From contig OZ253496.1 in the NCBI GenBank assembly GCA_965262115.1, forward strand, positions 2,432,001 to 2,496,000: a stretch of DNA of 64,000 bases, written 5' to 3'. Below, piece after piece: positions 40,453 through 49,969 of the stretch; position 1 is the stretch's first letter, and each line of letters opens with the position of its first letter. Made by a program: the position numbers and the translations under genes. The DNA is from Nitrospinales bacterium. GTDB lineage: Bacteria; Nitrospinota; Nitrospinia; Nitrospinales; VA-1. Below the pieces are notes generated by a model. The model was not told where the DNA came from, did not search any database, and saw nothing but the letters and a program-made list of their open reading frames with translations.

Positions 40453-41193
40453 GTGTCTGTCGCTGAAGAAAAGTTTTCCGCAAAATTCGAGAAAATCGCC
40501 TCTGAGATCAAGCACCGAGGTGCTTATTATCAGGAGGATGCTGGTGAGAAGGGCATGGCGCTTCTCGAAGCCAAATTTAAAGATACAAAACTGTATTGGT
40601 TGGTGAATCTTAAGGAAGATCGCATTTTCAGAGCCCGGTTTTTCGCTTATGGGGGCAAGATTTCTCTGGTGATCGGTGAAATTCTTTGCACCATGGTTGA
40701 AGGGTTGACTGTAGAGGAAGCGGGTTCACTGCTGAAAACCGATGTGGAAGCCCGGCTTCGTGACGATCCGGAAGTGCCTTCGGTTCCCGAATCCAAAATG
40801 AAGGCTTTCGATACGGTTGAAGAATTGCTGAAAATTGTTCAGGAACAATATCCCTCGGCGAAAGCGGTGGCTGTTGCCAGTGCATCCATAAATAAAGAAG
40901 ATTTTCAATCCACTGCTGAACTGAACCTGGCGGCTCAAGCTTGGATGGGATTGACGAAGAATGAGCAGAAGGAACAGATAGAGATTGTTTTGGATGAGCA
41001 CATCCGCCCGGCTCTCATGAATGACGGGGGAAACGTCCAGGTTCTGGATGTGACGGACGGCGAGAGAGTTTTAGTTCAATACCAGGGGGCGTGCGGCAGT
41101 TGTGGGTCTTCTTTAGGAGCCACCCTGTCGTTTATGGAATCGACCCTGCGCAAACATATTTACAACGAATTAAATGTTGTTCCACAGATGTAA
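40453..41193 (+). CDS. NifU-like protein (degenerate U-type N-domain + Nfu C-domain)
   Basis: C-terminal IRPAL..DGG...YQGACGSC, first gene of the suf operon. Confidence 0.8.
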   Translation: MSVAEEKFSAKFEKIASEIKHRGAYYQEDAGEKGMALLEAKFKDTKLYWLVNLKEDRIFRARFFAYGGKISLVIGEILCTMVEGLTVEEAGSLLKTDVEARLRDDPEVPSVPESKMKAFDTVEELLKIVQEQYPSAKAVAVASASINKEDFQSTAELNLAAQAWMGLTKNEQKEQIEIVLDEHIRPALMNDGGNVQVLDVTDGERVLVQYQGACGSCGSSLGATLSFMESTLRKHIYNELNVVPQM

Positions 41194-41214
41194 TGAGTTA
41201 CCTGGAGATCAATA

Positions 41215-42666
41215 ATGAGTGACGAACAAAGCTCTGTTGCAGATATTTTGGAAGATAATACCTATAAGTATGGATTCACGACCGACGTTGAGTCGGAGAC
41301 CTTTGCCAAGGGACTGGACGAGGATGTCGTCCGCCGTATTTCCAAGAAGAAGAAAGAGCCCCAGTTTATGCTCGATTTTCGGCTCAAGGCGTTTGCGAAA
41401 TGGAAAACCATGAAAGCGCCCAAATGGCCGAACGTGCAATATCCATCCATCGACTTCCAGGACATTTCCTATTACTCAGCGCCGAAGCAAAAGAAGGTAT
41501 TGCAGAGCTTGGATGAGGTCGATCCGGAAGTCATGCGCACTTTCGAGAAACTTGGTATTCCTCTGGATGAACAAAAAAAGCTGGCTAATGTTGCGGTCGA
41601 CGCTGTGTTCGACAGCGTCAGCGTGGCTACCACTCATAAGAAAAAGCTCATGGAAGTGGGTATCATTTTCTGCCCCATGTCTGAAGCCTTACAGGAATAT
41701 CCAGAGCTGGTGGAGCAATATCTTGGCACTGTGGTTCCCGTGGGCGATAATTTTTACTCCGCGCTAAACAGTGCCGTGTTTACGGATGGTTCGTTTGTCT
41801 ATATTCCGCCGGACACCATCAGCCCCATGGAAATCTCGACCTATTTCCGCATCAATACCGAAGAGACGGGACAGTTTGAGAGGACGCTGATCATCTGCGC
41901 GGAAAACAGTTATGTTTCCTACCTGGAAGGATGTACCGCACCGCAATTCGACACCAATCAGTTACACGCAGCCGTGGTTGAACTGATTACTCTTGAAAAT
42001 GCGGAGATCAAATACAGCACAGTGCAAAACTGGTATGCCGGGGATAAGGAAACGGGTAAGGGCGGCGTCTACAATTTTGTCACCAAGCGGGGTAAATGCC
42101 AGGGCAACAATTCCAAAATTTCCTGGACGCAGGTGGAGACCGGATCAGCCATCACCTGGAAATACCCGAGTTGTATTCTTCAGGGCGACAACACCAGCGG
42201 AGAATTCTATTCGGTAGCGTTGACCAACGGCCATATGCAAGCCGATACTGGAACAAAGATGATCCATATCGGTAAAAACACCCGGTCAAGTATTATTTCC
42301 AAGGGAATTTCTGCTGATCATGCCAGCAACACCTATCGGGGCCAGGTGAAGGTGGGAAAGAACGCCACCAACGCCAGAAATTACAGCCAGTGCGACAGCA
42401 TGCTGGTTGGTGATACAAGCAGCGCGCACACCTTCCCTTATATAGAAACGGCCAATAGTTCGGTTCAAATTGAGCATGAGGCCTCCACCTCAAAAATCAG
42501 CGAAGAGCAACTCTTTTATTTTGAATCGAGGGGGATTTCCCGTGAAAACGCGATTGAGGCGGTCATTAGCGGGTTCTGTAAAGAAGTTTTCAAACAACTG
42601 CCGATGGAGTTTGCCGTTGAAGCACAAAAACTGCTGACCCTTAAGCTTGAAGACAGTGTCGGTTAA
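41215..42666 (+). CDS. sufB: Fe-S cluster assembly protein SufB
   Basis: [35 protein letters not shown]. Confidence 0.97.
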   Translation: MSDEQSSVADILEDNTYKYGFTTDVESETFAKGLDEDVVRRISKKKKEPQFMLDFRLKAFAKWKTMKAPKWPNVQYPSIDFQDISYYSAPKQKKVLQSLDEVDPEVMRTFEKLGIPLDEQKKLANVAVDAVFDSVSVATTHKKKLMEVGIIFCPMSEALQEYPELVEQYLGTVVPVGDNFYSALNSAVFTDGSFVYIPPDTISPMEISTYFRINTEETGQFERTLIICAENSYVSYLEGCTAPQFDTNQLHAAVVELITLENAEIKYSTVQNWYAGDKETGKGGVYNFVTKRGKCQGNNSKISWTQVETGSAITWKYPSCILQGDNTSGEFYSVALTNGHMQADTGTKMIHIGKNTRSSIISKGISADHASNTYRGQVKVGKNATNARNYSQCDSMLVGDTSSAHTFPYIETANSSVQIEHEASTSKISEEQLFYFESRGISRENAIEAVISGFCKEVFKQLPMEFAVEAQKLLTLKLEDSVG

Positions 42667-42812
42667 ACCTTTTCGGCATTAGACCGGAGTGGTGAGAAAC
42701 AATCGGCATTGAGTAATATTTTAATAGCCCCTGTGTTGGTTCTTGCCGGTGTAGTATCGGTTTTAGGGAGCTTGCAGGGCTTTTTTTATTTATTAGGAGA
42801 GATAAGTAATTA

Positions 42813-43559
42813 ATGCTTGAAATCAAAGATTTGCATGCGAGTGTTGAAGGGAATGAAATCCTGAAAGGCGTTTCCCTTTCGATTAAAAAAGGGGAAATCC
42901 ACGCAGTGATGGGTCCCAATGGATCCGGAAAAAGCACCTTGGCTAAAATTCTTTCCGGACACCCTTCTTATGAGGCCACGGGCGGGGAGATTCTGTTCGA
43001 GGGAAAAAACCTTTTTGACATGGATGCGGAAGAACGCTCCCTGTCTGGAATTTTTATGGGTTTCCAGTATCCGGTGGAGGTGCCGGGAGTGAACAACGCC
43101 GAGTTTTTGCGCATGGCTTTTAATGCTCGAAGAGTCCGCGCAGATGAGGAGGAAATGGACCCCCTGGATTTTGATGAACTCCTTTCTGATAAAATGAAAA
43201 TGCTTAAAATGGAAAACAAGTACAAGGAAAGAAGCCTCAATGATGGCTTTTCCGGAGGAGAGAAAAAGAAAAATGAAATTTTGCAGATGGCGATTCTTGA
43301 ACCTAAACTTGCCATCCTGGATGAAACTGACTCCGGGCTTGATATTGATGCCCTGAGAATCGTCGCGGAAGGTGTGAACAGCTTGCGCAACGAGAATAAT
43401 GCGCTCATTCTCATCACGCATTACCAGCGTTTGCTGGATTATATTAAACCCGACTTTGTTCATGTTATTCATAATGGATTAATCGTTAAGTCGGGAGATA
43501 AGGCGCTGGCGCTTGAACTCGAATCCCAGGGATATGACTGGGTGACAGCTGAGAATTGA
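42813..43559 (+). CDS. sufC: Fe-S cluster assembly ATPase SufC
   Basis: MGPNGSGKST, FQYPVE, FSGGEKK, LDETDSGLD, ITHY. Confidence 0.97.
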   Translation: MLEIKDLHASVEGNEILKGVSLSIKKGEIHAVMGPNGSGKSTLAKILSGHPSYEATGGEILFEGKNLFDMDAEERSLSGIFMGFQYPVEVPGVNNAEFLRMAFNARRVRADEEEMDPLDFDELLSDKMKMLKMENKYKERSLNDGFSGGEKKKNEILQMAILEPKLAILDETDSGLDIDALRIVAEGVNSLRNENNALILITHYQRLLDYIKPDFVHVIHNGLIVKSGDKALALELESQGYDWVTAEN

Positions 43560-43568
43560 GGAGAAAGT

Positions 43569-44873
43569 ATGTCGGATACACTCGTTGAATCCAGTGCTGA
43601 GTCGGCGTTTCTGGATTTACATAAAAAACTTTTAGAACAAGGACGTCCTGCCCTTGTGGAGCTTCAGGAAGCCGCGTTGAACCGGTTTGAGTTGCTCGGG
43701 TTTCCCCATTCAAAGCATGAAATGTACACATTTGTGAACACAAAGGGACTGGTGACAACTTCCTTTAGTCTTCCCGATAGTGGTGCAGGCGTCTCTGAAG
43801 ATTTTGTTGCCGACCATATTTATCCGGACTGTGAACGCCAATGCTTGGTGTTTGTTGATGGGGTCTTCGACCGCGGCTTGTCACGGTTTGAAGGAGTGAG
43901 CGCCAACCTGGTGTCTTTGTCAGAGGCTGACCATGAACTGAAAAGCTATTTGTCGAAAACGGCAGAGAATGAAAACGATGTATTTGCCTCTCTCAGTACG
44001 GCGTTTTGCGGTGAAGGACTGGTTTTCAAGGTAGACGACAACACACAAATCTCTGGCACGGTTCAAGTCCTTTTTGTTTCTACCGGCAGAAGCGCCGGAC
44101 CGGTCATGCATGTCCCCAGGCTGGTTTGGCAGTTGGGGAAATTAGCGGAAGTCAAAGTGATCGAAAAATTTGTTGGTACTGAAGGAGGTTATTTCATCAA
44201 CTCGGTTCAGGATTGGTTGTTGGCGGAAGGTGCAGGGGTTTCATTCACACAGGTTCAGGCAGATGTTTTTGATTCCTGGCACTTTTCAAAAACCCGTGTT
44301 CATTTAAGTAGAAATGCCAGATTCTATTCCTCAAATGCTTCTTCCGGAACCCAGTTGGCTCGGCATCATTATGAGGTCTGGCTCAAGGAAGAAGGTTCTG
44401 AGTTGAGGTTGAACGGAGTCAGTGTGATCGATAGCAAGGAACAGGTTCATAATTTTATCCGCATCCATCACGAAGCGCCCCAATGTGTCAGCCATCAGCA
44501 TTTTAAAAATGTCATTAACGGGCATGCCCGTTCCAGTTTCGATGGGACCGTGATCGTCAATGAGGGTGCTCAATTGACCAACTCTGACCAGTTGGTCAAC
44601 AATCTCATGCTTTCCGATAATTGCCATGCGAATAATAAACCCAATCTGATGATTTTTGCCGATGATGTTAAATGTACGCACGGTGTGACCATCGGCCAAA
44701 TTGATGAGGATCAATGGTTTTACCTGCAAACGCGCGGATTGTCAGCCAAGGCGGCGAAAGAGCTTCTCACCCGAAGTTTTGCAAAAAGTATTATCGATAC
44801 CATTGAGTTTCCCGAAGTGGTGGAAGAATTGAATGGCACACTTCTTAAGAAACTGGAGGCAACGGATGTCTGA
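43569..44873 (+). CDS. sufD: Fe-S cluster assembly protein SufD
   Basis: P.L.IFADDVKCTHG, FYL..RG, operon position. Confidence 0.93.
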   Translation: MSDTLVESSAESAFLDLHKKLLEQGRPALVELQEAALNRFELLGFPHSKHEMYTFVNTKGLVTTSFSLPDSGAGVSEDFVADHIYPDCERQCLVFVDGVFDRGLSRFEGVSANLVSLSEADHELKSYLSKTAENENDVFASLSTAFCGEGLVFKVDDNTQISGTVQVLFVSTGRSAGPVMHVPRLVWQLGKLAEVKVIEKFVGTEGGYFINSVQDWLLAEGAGVSFTQVQADVFDSWHFSKTRVHLSRNARFYSSNASSGTQLARHHYEVWLKEEGSELRLNGVSVIDSKEQVHNFIRIHHEAPQCVSHQHFKNVINGHARSSFDGTVIVNEGAQLTNSDQLVNNLMLSDNCHANNKPNLMIFADDVKCTHGVTIGQIDEDQWFYLQTRGLSAKAAKELLTRSFAKSIIDTIEFPEVVEELNGTLLKKLEATDV

Positions 44874-46116
44874 ATCCAGTGCGAGTGTTACAGGAAATAT
44901 TTTGGATGTAGAAAAAATCCGTAAGGATTTCCCCATCCTCTCTCAGACCGTTCGGGGAAAGCCCCTGATCTATCTGGATAACGCCGCAACGACCCATAAA
45001 CCGAATTCCGTGATAGAACGAGTCCGTAAATTTGATGCAGAAGAATATGGCACCGTTCGGCGGGGGACTTATAAATTGAGCGAACATGCTACCCAGTTAT
45101 ATGAAGATGCGCGCCAGAAAGTGGCCGATTTTATGGGTGCTGAAAAGAAAGGCGAAATAGTTTTTACCAGTGGAACCACCCAGGCTATCAATCTGGTGGC
45201 TCATAGTTTTGGTAAGCGGTTTGTCAGTGAAGGCGATGAAATTATTATTTCAAACATTGAACATCACGCTAACACGGTTCCCTGGCAGGTGCTTTGCGAA
45301 GAGCGCGGGGCCAGGCTCAAGGTCATTCCCGTTGATGATGACGGCGAACTGATGATGGAAGAATACGAAAAACTTCTTTCGCCCAAAACCCGCATGGTTG
45401 CCGTCAACCATGTTTCCAACGCGCTAGGAACGATCAATCCAATAAAGGAAATTACCCAAAAGGCACATGCTGCGGGAGCCCGGGTGTTGATAGACGGAGC
45501 GCAAAGCACACCACATTTGAAATTGAATGTTCAAGATATTGATTGCGATTTTTATACTTTTTCTGGACACAAGATGTATGGTCCCAGTGGCATTGGCGGA
45601 GTTTATGGCAAGATGGATTTGTGGGAGGAAATGCCGCCTTATGTGACCGGTGGCGACATGATCATGCAGGTGACATTGGAAAAAACCACCTACGCCAAAC
45701 CGCCCACCCGCTTTGAGGCGGGAACGCCGCCCATAACACAGGTGATGGGGCTGGATGCGGCCATTGACTATTTGAATGAAATCGGACTGGATAAAATCGC
45801 CGAATATGAAAACTCTCTCCTCGAATATGGCACCCGGTTATTTAAAGAGATTGAGTGGGTGCGAATTATTGGAAACGCTCGCAGCAAGGCAAGTATCATT
45901 TCCTTTTTTAGCGACTCCGCGCATCCTCATGATATGGTTCACTTTCTGGACCAGGACGGAATCTCTTGCCGAGGTGGACATCATTGCGCTCAGCCTACCA
46001 TGATTCGCTATGGGGTACCGGCCACAACCCGGGCTTCGATGGCTTTTTATAATAAACCGGAAGAGTTGAATGCGCTGGCTGAGAGCGTACAAAAATGTAT
46101 CCGTTTTTTTTCGTGA
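44866..46116 (+). CDS. sufS: Cysteine desulfurase SufS
   Basis: YLDNAAT, DGAQ, SGHKM, FEAGTP, RGGHHCA. Confidence 0.95.
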   Translation: MSESSASVTGNILDVEKIRKDFPILSQTVRGKPLIYLDNAATTHKPNSVIERVRKFDAEEYGTVRRGTYKLSEHATQLYEDARQKVADFMGAEKKGEIVFTSGTTQAINLVAHSFGKRFVSEGDEIIISNIEHHANTVPWQVLCEERGARLKVIPVDDDGELMMEEYEKLLSPKTRMVAVNHVSNALGTINPIKEITQKAHAAGARVLIDGAQSTPHLKLNVQDIDCDFYTFSGHKMYGPSGIGGVYGKMDLWEEMPPYVTGGDMIMQVTLEKTTYAKPPTRFEAGTPPITQVMGLDAAIDYLNEIGLDKIAEYENSLLEYGTRLFKEIEWVRIIGNARSKASIISFFSDSAHPHDMVHFLDQDGISCRGGHHCAQPTMIRYGVPATTRASMAFYNKPEELNALAESVQKCIRFFS

Positions 46117-46152
46117 TAAAATTGAACTTTCTTTTAGTTTTATAAAAACCTC

Positions 46153-46611
46153 ATGTCTTACGATAACGAACTTTACCAGCAGGTCATTCTTGACCATAAC
46201 CGCAAACCAAGAAACTTCCATGCGATAGAAAACGCAAGTCATTCCTGCCACGGTATAAATCCGCTTTGTGGAGACGATATCACTGTCTATCTGAGTGTTG
46301 ATGAGGAGGCGGGAAAGATTGATGAAGTCAGTTTTCAAGGTTCTGGATGTGCGATTTCAAAAGCCAGTACTTCTATGATGACTACCTTTCTGAAAGGCAA
46401 GTCGGTGGATGAAGCTCGGCAAATCAAGGATGAATTTCACAAAATGATCCTGGGAGAGATGGACCCGGAAAAGGAAGAACATCACCTGGGAAAACTGACC
46501 CTGTTTATGGGAATCCGCGAATTTCCGTCACGTACCAAATGCGCCAGTCTGGCTTGGCATACTCTTGTTGGCGCACTGGATAAAAAATTTGAAGGAATCA
46601 GTACCGAATGA
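46153..46611 (+). CDS. sufU: SUF scaffold/sulfur transfer protein SufU
   Basis: LYQQVILDH, NPLCGD, GCAISKAS, R.KCA.L.W. Confidence 0.93.
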   Translation: MSYDNELYQQVILDHNRKPRNFHAIENASHSCHGINPLCGDDITVYLSVDEEAGKIDEVSFQGSGCAISKASTSMMTTFLKGKSVDEARQIKDEFHKMILGEMDPEKEEHHLGKLTLFMGIREFPSRTKCASLAWHTLVGALDKKFEGISTE

Positions 46612-46629
46612 TCTGGAGGTTGTCCACTT

Positions 46630-47691
46630 ATGCCTTCCAAAACAATCTCGCATAATCTCGATTCCCAAACCCGCCCGGGCGACTTGGTCACAAAGCTCGA
46701 TGGGAAAAACCTTCTTTGCACCGCCTGCGGTCATTTATGCAAGCTGAGACCGGGGCAGAGGGGAATTTGCAAAGTGCGGTTCAATTCCGAAGGCACCTTG
46801 ATGGTGCCTTTTCGTTATTCAGCAGGCCTGCAAAACGACCCCATCGAAAAGAAACCTTTTTTTCACGCGCTTCCGGGCAGTCGGGCGATGAGCTTCGGAA
46901 TGCTGGGTTGCGATTTTCGTTGCGCTTATTGCCAGAACTGGTTCACCTCGCAAAGTCTGAGGGATGAGGCTTCAACGGTTCGTGCCATCTCCATCACGGC
47001 GGGTGAAATTTGTGACATGGCCCAACAGGAAGGCTCTAAGGTGGTGGTCTCGACTTACAACGAGCCCTTGATCACCAGTGAATGGGCGGTGGAAGTTTTT
47101 CAGGAAGCAAAGACAAGAGGGCTCGGAACCGCCTATGTTTCTAACGGACACGGCACGCCGGAAGTGCTGGAATACCTGCGTCCGTGGATAGACTTATTTA
47201 AAATAGATTTGAAAAGTTTCTCAGAGAAAGAATACCGCCGCTTGGGGGGTAACCTTTCAGCGGTTCTGGAAACGATTCAAGCCGTGCACGGCATGGGAAT
47301 ATGGCTGGAACTGGTCAGCCTGTTGATCCCCGGTTACAATGACTCCGATGAAGAGTTGGCTGAGATGGCCGAGTTCATCGCTGGTGTTTCTCCCACCATC
47401 CCCTGGCATGTGACAGCATATCATCCTGATTATAAAATGCGGGATCGTGAACGCACCCCGGTGGATACCCTGTTAAGGGCCAACCGGCATGGTAAGGAGG
47501 CCGGACTCCAGTTTGTTTATTCTGGCAATGTGCCGGGGCAGGTGAGAAACACCGAGAACACCTATTGTTCTAATTGCCAGCATCTTCTGGTTGAGCGGAG
47601 AGGATTCCAGGTTTTGTCGGTAAATTTAAAAAGGGGGCATTGTCCTTCCTGCAATGTTCTTATTCTAGGCCGGTGGGTTAATTTGTGTTAA
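46630..47691 (+). CDS. AmmeMemoRadiSam-type radical SAM enzyme (PflA-like)
   Basis: DPIEKKPFFH, GCDFRCAYCQN, TYNEP, terminal CxxC pairs. Confidence 0.88.
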   Translation: MPSKTISHNLDSQTRPGDLVTKLDGKNLLCTACGHLCKLRPGQRGICKVRFNSEGTLMVPFRYSAGLQNDPIEKKPFFHALPGSRAMSFGMLGCDFRCAYCQNWFTSQSLRDEASTVRAISITAGEICDMAQQEGSKVVVSTYNEPLITSEWAVEVFQEAKTRGLGTAYVSNGHGTPEVLEYLRPWIDLFKIDLKSFSEKEYRRLGGNLSAVLETIQAVHGMGIWLELVSLLIPGYNDSDEELAEMAEFIAGVSPTIPWHVTAYHPDYKMRDRERTPVDTLLRANRHGKEAGLQFVYSGNVPGQVRNTENTYCSNCQHLLVERRGFQVLSVNLKRGHCPSCNVLILGRWVNLC

Positions 47692-47745
47692 TAAATACCA
47701 TTCCGATCATGATCGAGAAAGGGGCAACCGCTATGAAAAAGAGCG

Positions 47746-48020
47746 GGATCCTTCTTCGCTAAAGGCTCATCAGGACGACAAAACCGGATTTTTAAATTAT
47801 CATTCTGAACGCAGTGAAGAATCCCGTTGTCTGTCATTCGGGGAGAGATCCTTCGTCGCCTTCGGCTCCTCGATGATGACAAAACAGCCTTGCGCTGTCA
47901 TTCTGAACGCAGTGAAGAATCTCGTTGTCTGTCATTCCGGGAGAGGTCCTTCGTCGCCTTCGGCTCCTCGAGGATGACAAAACAGCCTTGCGCTGTCATT
48001 CTGAACGAAGTGAAGAATCT
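47746..48020. repeat. REP/BIME-like array with 98-bp period
   Basis: cattctgaacg(c/a)agtgaagaatc at 47801, 47899 and 47997, alternating with inverted gatccttcgtcgccttcggctcctc..gatgac. Confidence 0.9.
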
Positions 48021-48053
48021 TGGGGTTACGCAGGCGTGCCGCATCTTTATTTT

Positions 48054-48118
48054 TCATAATTTGCCCTCAATGATTTAGCGGTGAGGTCGTAGAGTTGATA
48101 CACCATCTGGTCTATTTT
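48054..48118 (-). pseudogene. Third, degenerate copy of the methyltransferase C-terminal tail
   Basis: KIDQMVYQLYDLTA, a short deletion, then IIEGKL*. Confidence 0.8.
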
Positions 48119-48121
48119 GGG

Positions 48122-48313
48122 CTATGGTTTTGGTTGCGAGCGTAGTGTCCCTGTCTTGTCTCCGGTTTTATCGGTTGGTAAAATACGCACCACTTTTTCA
48201 CCGTCCCAGACAACGGCATATTGCCCCAGTCGTCTTTTTTTATCCAGTGCTTCCTCCACGCTTATTTTGAGTGCCGCTAATATTCGTTGCGCCTTTTCTT
48301 CGGTTGTTTTCAT
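48122..48313 (-). CDS. Small basic partner protein (putative antitoxin) of the zeta-like ATPase
   Basis: ATGA overlap with the upstream ATPase. AL.KKRRLGQYAVVW.G pattern. Confidence 0.6.
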   Translation of the reverse strand: MKTTEEKAQRILAALKISVEEALDKKRRLGQYAVVWDGEKVVRILPTDKTGDKTGTLRSQPKP

Positions 48314-48885
48314 TGTTGGTTGCCGCTGATCATGGTTTGATAGATCGTTTTGTTTTTAATGATTATACCCTGACGTGTCCGGGTGAAAATTATTTTTTGT
48401 TGTTGCGAGTTATCCAGACAAATCACAAAGTCGCATAGTGGCGCGTAGTGATGGACAAGATTATCAATGCTTCTGGGATAGCGTCTGATAATAGATTCTA
48501 GTGCAATATCATGCCCCCCATGTTTAACCCTTTCTGCAACCCGTTCAATAGATACTTGCACGCCGGGCAAGTAAAGATAAACCAGTTCAACAAACCAGCC
48601 ATCTACTTGTAACTGACGGATAAGTTTCAGGTAAGTTCTGCCGGATAAAGTCGTTTCAAAAGCAAAATTTTCTCTGTGCATAACGGCTTTTTTGATTTGC
48701 TGTAAAAACAAACGGCTGGCAGTTATTTGTTGCTGACTGGGGTCAAGGGGAGACAAACCAAAAGCGATTAAGTCGGCGTTGATGAAATGCTTACAATCAG
48801 GACTTTTGGCGAAATAGTCCAGCGCGAAAGTCGTTTTACCCGCACCATTAACCCCTGCAATAATGGTGCAAACGGGTTTGCTCAT
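48310..48885 (-). CDS. Zeta-toxin-like P-loop ATPase/kinase
   Basis: IAGVNGAGKTT, FINAD.IA, FETTLSG, RVAERV..GGH.I, RRY.RS. Confidence 0.85.
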   Translation of the reverse strand: MSKPVCTIIAGVNGAGKTTFALDYFAKSPDCKHFINADLIAFGLSPLDPSQQQITASRLFLQQIKKAVMHRENFAFETTLSGRTYLKLIRQLQVDGWFVELVYLYLPGVQVSIERVAERVKHGGHDIALESIIRRYPRSIDNLVHHYAPLCDFVICLDNSQQQKIIFTRTRQGIIIKNKTIYQTMISGNQQ

Positions 48886-49010
48886 ACCAAGCCCTCAATG
48901 ATTTTAATTTCATCGGCGGTGAGGTTGTAGATCTGATAGACCATCTTATCAATTTTCGCTTCCAGTACGGTGGTATCTTTGCCTTGTTGTTTGGCGGCTA
49001 GGATTTGATT
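48882..49010 (-). pseudogene. Second copy of the methyltransferase C-terminal tail
   Basis: QILAAKQQGKDTTVLEAKIDKMVYQIYNLTADEIKIIEGLV* matches the end of the 49966 gene. Confidence 0.9.
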
Positions 49011-49969
49011 TTTTCTTCCTTAATCAAAAAATCAACCCACTTATCTGTATAAATATAATCTTTATGAGGTACATCGTATTGGCAATATTTTGCAGTAGTT
49101 TTAACATCTTTACCTAGCTTCCTTACTTTGTGCTTTTTCCATATAGTCGTATGCCAGTGTATTGTTTTTTTAATGCCTGTTTTCATTTTAATTTCTTCAA
49201 CTACTCCTGTTGGCTTTAAACGTCCTTGATTAGCAACTTGAATTTTTTGTTGTTTAATTGCTATTATTGATTTGCTATATTTTGTCAATTCTTCTGAGTT
49301 ATTTTCATCTATTTTAATAAAATTAATTGCCACATCAGAGGAGTTCCTATGATTGCCTACATTTGGTATAACAAAGACTTTATAAGCAAAATCTTGGGAA
49401 TTAGTAATATCCGTAGATAAAGAAACACGGTACTTATTTATGAAAGATAAAAGGGATTTTCCATCCCTTGTTTCTGGTATTTCCCTCACCGAGCGTGATA
49501 ATTGAAGTGGAATATAATCATCTAACAAAGTATGTCCATCACCAAACTCTTTGGTTAATATTTTATCAAAGCCCAAAATAAATGCTTGGCATTCACCTAA
49601 AATATTAGCATCAATTTCAGGTAAAAATGTATGTTCTATCTTGTTTCTCAACTGATAAAAAAATAGAATATTTTTTAAAGTAGGATCACTTCTGTTAAAA
49701 AAAGATTCCGCACATTTCTTTAATTCCCAAGCCTTCTTTTCTCCGTCTACCTTCACATAACGATTATTTGGTTGCCTGTAAAAATATTTTTCTTTCTTTT
49801 TTTCGAATATTGCGTGTAATAACGATGTCCATGCTATACACATAAGCACAATAAAACCGCTACTTCTAAATGATGTTTTAGGTTTGTTATAAACATCAAC
49901 AGCTAGCAAAGCGGACTCCTTTGCCTTTTTTAATAAACTGGAAACTTTCTTTGGTAATCTCCTACTCAT
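48998..49969 (-). CDS. DUF3644-like protein (putative defence effector)
   Basis: KAKESALLAVDVYNKP..FRS.GFIVLM.IAW..LLHA and LRNKIEH (RxxxxH). Very AT-rich. Confidence 0.7.
   Translation of the reverse strand: MSRRLPKKVSSLLKKAKESALLAVDVYNKPKTSFRSSGFIVLMCIAWTSLLHAIFEKKKEKYFYRQPNNRYVKVDGEKKAWELKKCAESFFNRSDPTLKNILFFYQLRNKIEHTFLPEIDANILGECQAFILGFDKILTKEFGDGHTLLDDYIPLQLSRSVREIPETRDGKSLLSFINKYRVSLSTDITNSQDFAYKVFVIPNVGNHRNSSDVAINFIKIDENNSEELTKYSKSIIAIKQQKIQVANQGRLKPTGVVEEIKMKTGIKKTIHWHTTIWKKHKVRKLGKDVKTTAKYCQYDVPHKDYIYTDKWVDFLIKEEKIKS

Noticed and set aside
47688..48078. ORFs 47688-47882 and 47827-48078
   Set aside because: They are translations of the REP array (CHSERSEES-type artefacts).
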